Assembly (NCBI GenBank): GCA_039193195.1
Contig: JBCCWS010000005.1
Span: forward strand, 56,172-120,171
DNA from: Pseudomonadota bacterium
Lineage (GTDB): Bacteria; Pseudomonadota; Gammaproteobacteria; Steroidobacterales; JBCBZW01
Direction: 5' to 3'
DNA: 64,000 nucleotides
Positions 58,622-64,000 of the stretch are shown here, in pieces. The notes under the pieces were generated by a model. That model was given only the letters and a program-made list of their open reading frames with translations, ran no database searches and had not been told where the DNA came from. Within the stretch, counting starts at the first letter, position 1, and each line of letters starts with the position of its first letter. Position numbers and translations under genes: made by a program.

Positions 58622-59797
58622 TCAGAGGATCGGCTCAACTTCCCACGTAATGGCGCTCACGTCGGCCAGCCGGCAAAACCGGCCAAGCTCCGCGTGCAGC
58701 TTTTCAACGCGTGTCGGTGTCCACTTCACGCGCGGCTCCTGCCAGAAGTTGAGTACGCGCAGCTCGCCCGCTTTGCGATCGGCCTTAGCTTCAATACGAC
58801 CGACGAAGCGATCACCTTCGAGCAGGGGAAACACGTAGTAGCCCCAAACCCGTTTGCTGGCCGGGACGAAGATCTCGATGCGGTAGTCGAATCCGAACAA
58901 GCGCTCCAGGCGCGCGCGATCGCGAATGACCGGATCGAAGGGGCTTAGCACGCGAAGGCGGGAGGTGGGTGCAGGCGCGTCTGCAAGGCGCTGCTCGATA
59001 TCGGGCAGGGCCAGAGCGCCGTACGCCGATCGGTCGGCGCAGCCTACGGTGACTTCGACCAGTTCTGCCCGGTGTGCATCGACCCAGGCCTTCACTTCGG
59101 CCGAAGAGACCGCATCCCAGAAGCGTTGTATGTCACCCGGCGTGGCAAAGCCGAGTCGTGTGAGGGCCTCCCGGCAGAGCCAATCGATCTGTTTGTCGTC
59201 GGACCAGCTGTCGCGGCGGTGCTGAGCTGGGATGACCCGTTCCGTCAGATCGTAGTACTTCCGAAAGTTCACTCGGTGCGATGTCGAGAGCTCGCCTGCG
59301 AACCACATGTAGTCGAGGGCAAGCTTGTGCGGTGGTCGAGACCACATCTCCTGCTTGCCAGTGGCTTTGGTATCGAAGGCGTCCGTCGATAGAGGGCCCT
59401 CTTGCGCGATGCGATCCTTGAGGGCGCGACGGCCTTTGGCATCGAGCATGGCCCGATGCCATTCCCAACTGCGCACCCTAGCTTCCAGGCGACGAAACTG
59501 CCTGCCCCAGGCGGGATAGAACGCGATCGGCAGGACCGAGGCATCGTGGGTGAAGTGTTCGAAGATCAACCGATCGCGGGCCAGGGCGCGGTTCAGCATG
59601 GGTTCGCGGTAGTGCTGGTTGCGGCTCCAGAGGATGTGATGGTGGGCCCGCGATACGGCCCGGATGGAGTCGAGCTGAACGAATCCGAGCGCGGTGATCA
59701 GGACGTCGAGATCAAGCTTTCCCGTGGGCGCGTGCGAGAGCCCCTGGGCATCAAGCCATACCCTTCGGGCGTCGCGGTTAGAGATCTTCAGCGCCAT
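58622..59797 (-). CDS. YcaQ/AlkZ-like winged-helix DNA glycosylase
   Basis: FVQLDSI (QxD), LSPFDP, FDYRIEIFVP..KRVWGYY. Confidence 0.88.
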   Translation of the reverse strand: MALKISNRDARRVWLDAQGLSHAPTGKLDLDVLITALGFVQLDSIRAVSRAHHHILWSRNQHYREPMLNRALARDRLIFEHFTHDASVLPIAFYPAWGRQFRRLEARVRSWEWHRAMLDAKGRRALKDRIAQEGPLSTDAFDTKATGKQEMWSRPPHKLALDYMWFAGELSTSHRVNFRKYYDLTERVIPAQHRRDSWSDDKQIDWLCREALTRLGFATPGDIQRFWDAVSSAEVKAWVDAHRAELVEVTVGCADRSAYGALALPDIEQRLADAPAPTSRLRVLSPFDPVIRDRARLERLFGFDYRIEIFVPASKRVWGYYVFPLLEGDRFVGRIEAKADRKAGELRVLNFWQEPRVKWTPTRVEKLHAELGRFCRLADVSAITWEVEPIL

Positions 59798-59984
59798 GCG
59801 CGCATGCTAATCCGCAATCGCTTGTCTGTGTGTCAATCGTTGCGCCGCGCGCCGTGGCAGGGTTGGGCGCGTTCCGGACCGGGGATGGCGCCAAGGGGCT
59901 CTCACGAAGATGCCTCCCGGCCCGGAGCGACCGAGTGGGAAGGAAGGCTGACGGGATCGCCGCGAGCCTCCCGCAGGCGCTGCG

Positions 59985-60671
59985 CTATTGCGCTGCGATA
60001 TCGTCGATCAGGAGGATGCTCACGGATCCGGCGACGACCAGAATGTCTATCGGGCCGCTCAGGGTAACGGCCTGCCAGTCTGCGTTAAGCACCACCTGCT
60101 GCAGATCTTGCACGGCGCCGTCGCCGATACCGGCCAAGATGATCTGCGCGTTGGCCTCTGCGAATCCACCCTCACTCACCTGTAGGGTGACGGTGTTGGC
60201 ACCACCGGGGAAGAACACCAACTGCGGCAAGCGGGACACGCCACCGTCATTGAACGGAGAGCCAGCATTGAAGGCGAGAAAATTGGGTAAGGAGAAGGCG
60301 TCGATAGCGAAGTTGCTGCATTGATCCAGCACGCCACCGCCGTTGTTACCAGGCGCTGTAAAGGCCGCACCCTGGCGCACGCCGCGTAGGGCTGAGGTCT
60401 CAATGAAGCTGCAAGGCTCGACACGGTCATCGAAGGTGACGACGCCTCCTTCTTGTACAAGTATGCCCCCGACGTTGCGATCCATCATGTCGTAGTAGCC
60501 ATGCACAGCGTCACGCCCGAGCAGCTTCGCCAAGTCTTCCGCACCAAACGGCCTCGTCGGCGCAGCGGCACTGGGTGCAGGGCCGTAGTGCCCCGCAACG
60601 ATGTCGGCGTCGGCGTAAGCCACAGAGATGAGCATCCAAACCACGCCTAAGGCGACGAGTTGTTTCTTCAT
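59985..60671 (-). CDS. Secreted hypothetical protein
   Basis: MKKQLV signal peptide, GGAG RBS. Confidence 0.7.
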   Translation of the reverse strand: MKKQLVALGVVWMLISVAYADADIVAGHYGPAPSAAAPTRPFGAEDLAKLLGRDAVHGYYDMMDRNVGGILVQEGGVVTFDDRVEPCSFIETSALRGVRQGAAFTAPGNNGGGVLDQCSNFAIDAFSLPNFLAFNAGSPFNDGGVSRLPQLVFFPGGANTVTLQVSEGGFAEANAQIILAGIGDGAVQDLQQVVLNADWQAVTLSGPIDILVVAGSVSILLIDDIAAQ

Positions 60672-61061
60672 GGGGTTCTCCCTAAGGGGCTGGTCCGTAG
60701 TGTTCACCCGCGCGAATCTCCCTCAGCGCGGTTCGCTTAGCGTACATGAATGCTGAAGGGGCGGTCTTAGGGCAGTTGGTATCGTCGGCGGTTGGGATTC
60801 ATGGCCACCACCGCCTCGCTAGCCTCGTCAGTGAACCGATGGCCACTTAGCGATCATCGGTGTGACTTCGTGCGTGCAGATAGCCCAAGGCGCATCATCT
60901 GACCAGAAGGCCAACCTGGCGGGCGTGGGGGCGAGCGACGATCGAACGCCCGACGTACGCCAGACGCGCCGCTGCATCCAGTAGCGCGCTGGGTGAGCAG
61001 ACTCGACCTTTCGGTGGCAAAATCACTCCAATTTCCTAGCCGACCTGCAACACGCCAAAAA

Positions 61062-62381
61062 ATGGACAAGTCCTCCCTCGACGGCCTCATCGACGCCTAT
61101 GCGGCGGCCCCATCCCCCTCCCTAGCGCGCGTGATCGTGCTGGAGTTGTTACAAGGCGACCGAGCTCAGGATGCGCTCGCCTATCTCGATGCAGCCGTCA
61201 CCGCGTTCCAACCGGAAGACGCCGACGCCGTTGGTAGCGCCCTGCTGAGCGCGGGAAGCTACGCCGCCATCACCGAGCACTTCGACGCCGACGTCCCCAC
61301 ACAGGCCGTAGTGCTGGCGAGAGCGCTGCTTGAGCTCGGCGAAGATAGTCGCGCGCGCGAGGTGTACCAGGCGGCCATTGAGGCGGCGCCTGGCGTGCAG
61401 GATGAGACCATGAACGAGCGCCTCGGCGTCGCCGCAGATTCGCCGGCCAGCGTGACGCGCTTGCGTCTGGTCGAGAAGGTTGACCCAATGGAGGTGGTCA
61501 ATATAGATCGCTATCGCGCCAGCGCCACCACTTTCGATGATGTTGTGGGCCTCGAGAAGGTCAAGCGCCAGGTCAATAAGCGCATCATCATGCCCTTTCA
61601 AAAGCCATCCCTGTTCTCTCGTTTCCGCAAGAAGATCGGCGGCGGCGTGCTGCTCTACGGCCCTCCAGGCTGTGGCAAGACCTTGCTCGCCCGTGCCACC
61701 GCCGGCGAGTGCAACGCCTCGTTCTTCAACGTCGAGATCGCCGACGTCCTCGACATGTACATTGGTGAGTCGGAGCGCAAGCTCCACGCGATCTTCGAGA
61801 AAGCCCGCGCGGAGGCCCCGAGCGTGCTTTTCTTCGACGAGATCGAAGCCCTCGCTGGCAAGCGCGAACACACGCACAATGCGACAGCGAGTAAGGTCGT
61901 TAGTCTCATGCTGACGGAGCTCGATGGCTACGCGCAAAACAACGCGGGCGTGCTCGTGCTCGCCTCCACCAACGTGCCGTGGGCCCTCGATCCCGCCTTC
62001 CTGCGCCCGGGGCGCTTCGATCGAATGTTCTTTGTGCCGCCGCCTGATCGCGAGGCGCGTGGCGCCATTCTTCAGCATCACATGAGGGAGCGCCCGGCCA
62101 CGGGCGATATCGATTACTTGCTGCTCGCGAAGAAGACGAACGGCTACTCCGGCGCCGATCTCGCCAATCTGGTGGAGATGGCGGCCGACGAGGCGATCGA
62201 CGCCTCCATCGAAGCTGGCGAGGATCAGCCGATCTCCTTCGAGCACTTCAAGGATGCCCTCGGAGAGTCCCGCTCGAGCACCGTCGAGTGGCTCACCACC
62301 GCGCGCAACTACGCGCGCTACGCCAACGACGGTGGACGCTACAACGATGTGGTCGAGTTCCTAGAGAAGCACGGGCAATGA
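61062..62381 (+). CDS. AAA+ ATPase (Cdc48/Vps4-like clade) with N-terminal TPR-like region
   Basis: GPPGCGKT, YIGESE pore loop, LFFDE, ASTN, RPGRFD. Confidence 0.92.
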   Translation: MDKSSLDGLIDAYAAAPSPSLARVIVLELLQGDRAQDALAYLDAAVTAFQPEDADAVGSALLSAGSYAAITEHFDADVPTQAVVLARALLELGEDSRAREVYQAAIEAAPGVQDETMNERLGVAADSPASVTRLRLVEKVDPMEVVNIDRYRASATTFDDVVGLEKVKRQVNKRIIMPFQKPSLFSRFRKKIGGGVLLYGPPGCGKTLLARATAGECNASFFNVEIADVLDMYIGESERKLHAIFEKARAEAPSVLFFDEIEALAGKREHTHNATASKVVSLMLTELDGYAQNNAGVLVLASTNVPWALDPAFLRPGRFDRMFFVPPPDREARGAILQHHMRERPATGDIDYLLLAKKTNGYSGADLANLVEMAADEAIDASIEAGEDQPISFEHFKDALGESRSSTVEWLTTARNYARYANDGGRYNDVVEFLEKHGQ

Positions 62382-62797
62382 CCACCTACAAGATCATCGA
62401 TGAGCCCAAGGCCCGCAGGGGTATGGAAAGCCTGATCGTGGATCCGACGGTCATTCTGCTCGCCTCCATGATCATTCCCCTGTTTTGGCTGCCCCCGGCG
62501 GGCGGGCGCTACTGGCTGCCAATGCTGTGGCTTGCACTTAACGGCTATGCGCTCGGCAGCCCGACGCTCGGCAAGGAGATTCTAACCATGTTGCTGGGTG
62601 CGCTCGGCGTCGTTGGCTTGCTGTTTATCGTGCTTGCCCTGATCCAGGCCGGTGTGTTGCCCTTCACCGAGGAAGGTGCCTACCCTTACCTGCGCATACT
62701 GACCTTTGGCCTGTTCTTTCTAGCGGTCTATATGGTCGTGTTTCGCCAAGCCACCAGCTACGCGCTGTTCCAGTACATTCAGGGCGATCGCCGGTGA
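62378..62797 (+). CDS. Small four-TM membrane protein
   Basis: ATGA overlap with the AAA gene; hydrophobic helices. Confidence 0.75.
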   Translation: MTTYKIIDEPKARRGMESLIVDPTVILLASMIIPLFWLPPAGGRYWLPMLWLALNGYALGSPTLGKEILTMLLGALGVVGLLFIVLALIQAGVLPFTEEGAYPYLRILTFGLFFLAVYMVVFRQATSYALFQYIQGDRR

Positions 62798-63720
62798 GCG
62801 GCGAGGACTACCGTTTCGCCCTGGCGGTGCGCCACCAGCAAAACGGCGCGACGCAGGCAGCGATCGATCAGCTGGTCGAGTTACTGTCGGAGAGCCCGAA
62901 CGTCGCTCAGTATCACGGCATGCTGGCCGTGTGTCTGATGGGCAATAGGCGCATGGCGGCTGCCGCCTATGAGATCGATGTGGCACTTTCCCTCGATCCC
63001 GCCTCCCCGTTCCTCTTCTATGTGCATGCGAAACTTCTAGTACTGCAGCGCAAGTTGAGGCAAGCCCTAGCCGCTTGCCACAAAGCTCTAGAGCTGAATC
63101 CGCAAGACGCGCAGACGCATCTGCTAGTCGCCGATATCTACGAGTTGCTAGAGCAGCCGCGCGACTCGAAGGCCAGCATCGACAAGGCGGCCTCGCTGGC
63201 GCCGGACAGCCCTAGCATCCCCCAGGCCTACGCCGAGTACTACCTGCTGCGCGGCGACACCAAGATGGCGTTGGAGTACGCGACCACCGCCATACGCGCC
63301 AACCCCTCGAACCCCCAGACCAACGTGCTGCTGGGCAAGATCCAGTTGAATCTCGGCAACGCTGAGCGAGCCGAGGATCACGCCAAGTTCGCCATCATGC
63401 AGAATCCCAGCGATCGGCAGGCACTCATCCTGTTCGCTAATATCCGCATGCGGCGCAACCTGGTACTGGGGCTTTGGTGGCGCTTCAACAGTTGGCTTTC
63501 GGGCTTGGGCAGCGCGAAGTCTGCACTCGTGCTGATTTTCGGCTACCTGTTTTTTAACCTACTGTCGGTGGCGGCGAAGGACCTCGGCCAGCCAGGCGTG
63601 GGGGCGCTCCTTTCCTTCGGTTGGCTTGGGCTGGTGGCGTACTCCTGGTTTGGGATTCCGATGTACCACAGGGCGCTGCGAAAGGAGCTCGAGTCGTTCC
63701 GCTTCAATCCGCACTTCTAG
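62794..63720 (+). CDS. TPR-repeat protein with C-terminal TM helices
   Basis: Repeated A...LxLxP TPR motifs; GTGA overlap with the upstream gene. Confidence 0.85.
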   Translation: MSGEDYRFALAVRHQQNGATQAAIDQLVELLSESPNVAQYHGMLAVCLMGNRRMAAAAYEIDVALSLDPASPFLFYVHAKLLVLQRKLRQALAACHKALELNPQDAQTHLLVADIYELLEQPRDSKASIDKAASLAPDSPSIPQAYAEYYLLRGDTKMALEYATTAIRANPSNPQTNVLLGKIQLNLGNAERAEDHAKFAIMQNPSDRQALILFANIRMRRNLVLGLWWRFNSWLSGLGSAKSALVLIFGYLFFNLLSVAAKDLGQPGVGALLSFGWLGLVAYSWFGIPMYHRALRKELESFRFNPHF

Positions 63721-63819
63721 GCGCAGTCTCGGTCAGTCGCAGGCTTCACCGCGACGCTGTAAGCGATGACGGAAACTCGCGGCGGTGCGGTGCGCTAGGT
63801 GGATCGACCGCCGCTCGCC

Positions 63820-64000
63820 CTAGAACATCATCGTGCGCAGGGAGTCGAGCTGCGATCGCAGGAAGCGGCCCAGGCCAACGACGTCGGGGAAGATCGTACT
63901 GGCAGTGATGTTCTTGGACTCTGCCAGAAACTGTAGGACCTTGCCTTTGCAGGATGCGTCGATGACCTTGCGTCGTAGGCCTCGCACTCCGTGGAGTTCA
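63820..64000 (-). CDS. 3' end of a gene, FRG-domain-protein-like C-terminus (partial)
   Basis: Manual translation ...KVIDASCKGKVLQFLAESKNITASTIFPDVVGLGRFLRSQLDSLRTMMF* resembles the I.....FPD..GL tail of FRG proteins. Confidence 0.5.
   Translation of the reverse strand, partial: ELHGVRGLRRKVIDASCKGKVLQFLAESKNITASTIFPDVVGLGRFLRSQLDSLRTMMF

Overview
GC-rich bacterial window, probably a proteobacterium (TonB-dependent receptor, LuxR, FadH). It has three parts. (1) About 1-33 kb: a large lipid/acyl-CoA catabolic cluster with a TonB receptor, CoA ligases, FadH, thiolases, enoyl-CoA hydratases, three acyl-CoA dehydrogenases, four SDRs, E1alpha/E1beta with a free lipoyl domain, an LvaAB-like kinase pair, a Rieske oxygenase and GntR and LuxR regulators. 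(2) About 33-52 kb: an accessory, visibly less GC-rich region with secreted proteins, TIR-FGE-TIR and TIR-pseudokinase-globin proteins, a decayed Rhs gene and an intact Xer-like tyrosine recombinase. (3) About 52-64 kb: mixed ordinary genes. The standout is a perfect 19-bp dif-like inverted repeat pair (GGATAACTGTTAGTTATGC, 42857-42875 and 46415-46433) bracketing two convergent genes, a divergent carbamoyltransferase and a STAND-like ATPase-TPR protein. Each repeat contains its gene's ATG, and the left one also contains the recombinase stop codon. This looks like a recombinase-driven either/or gene switch. A 165-bp CTAG-bounded palindromic MITE occurs three times. No rRNA, tRNA or CRISPR array was seen. 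All calls come from reading motifs by eye; no searches were run.
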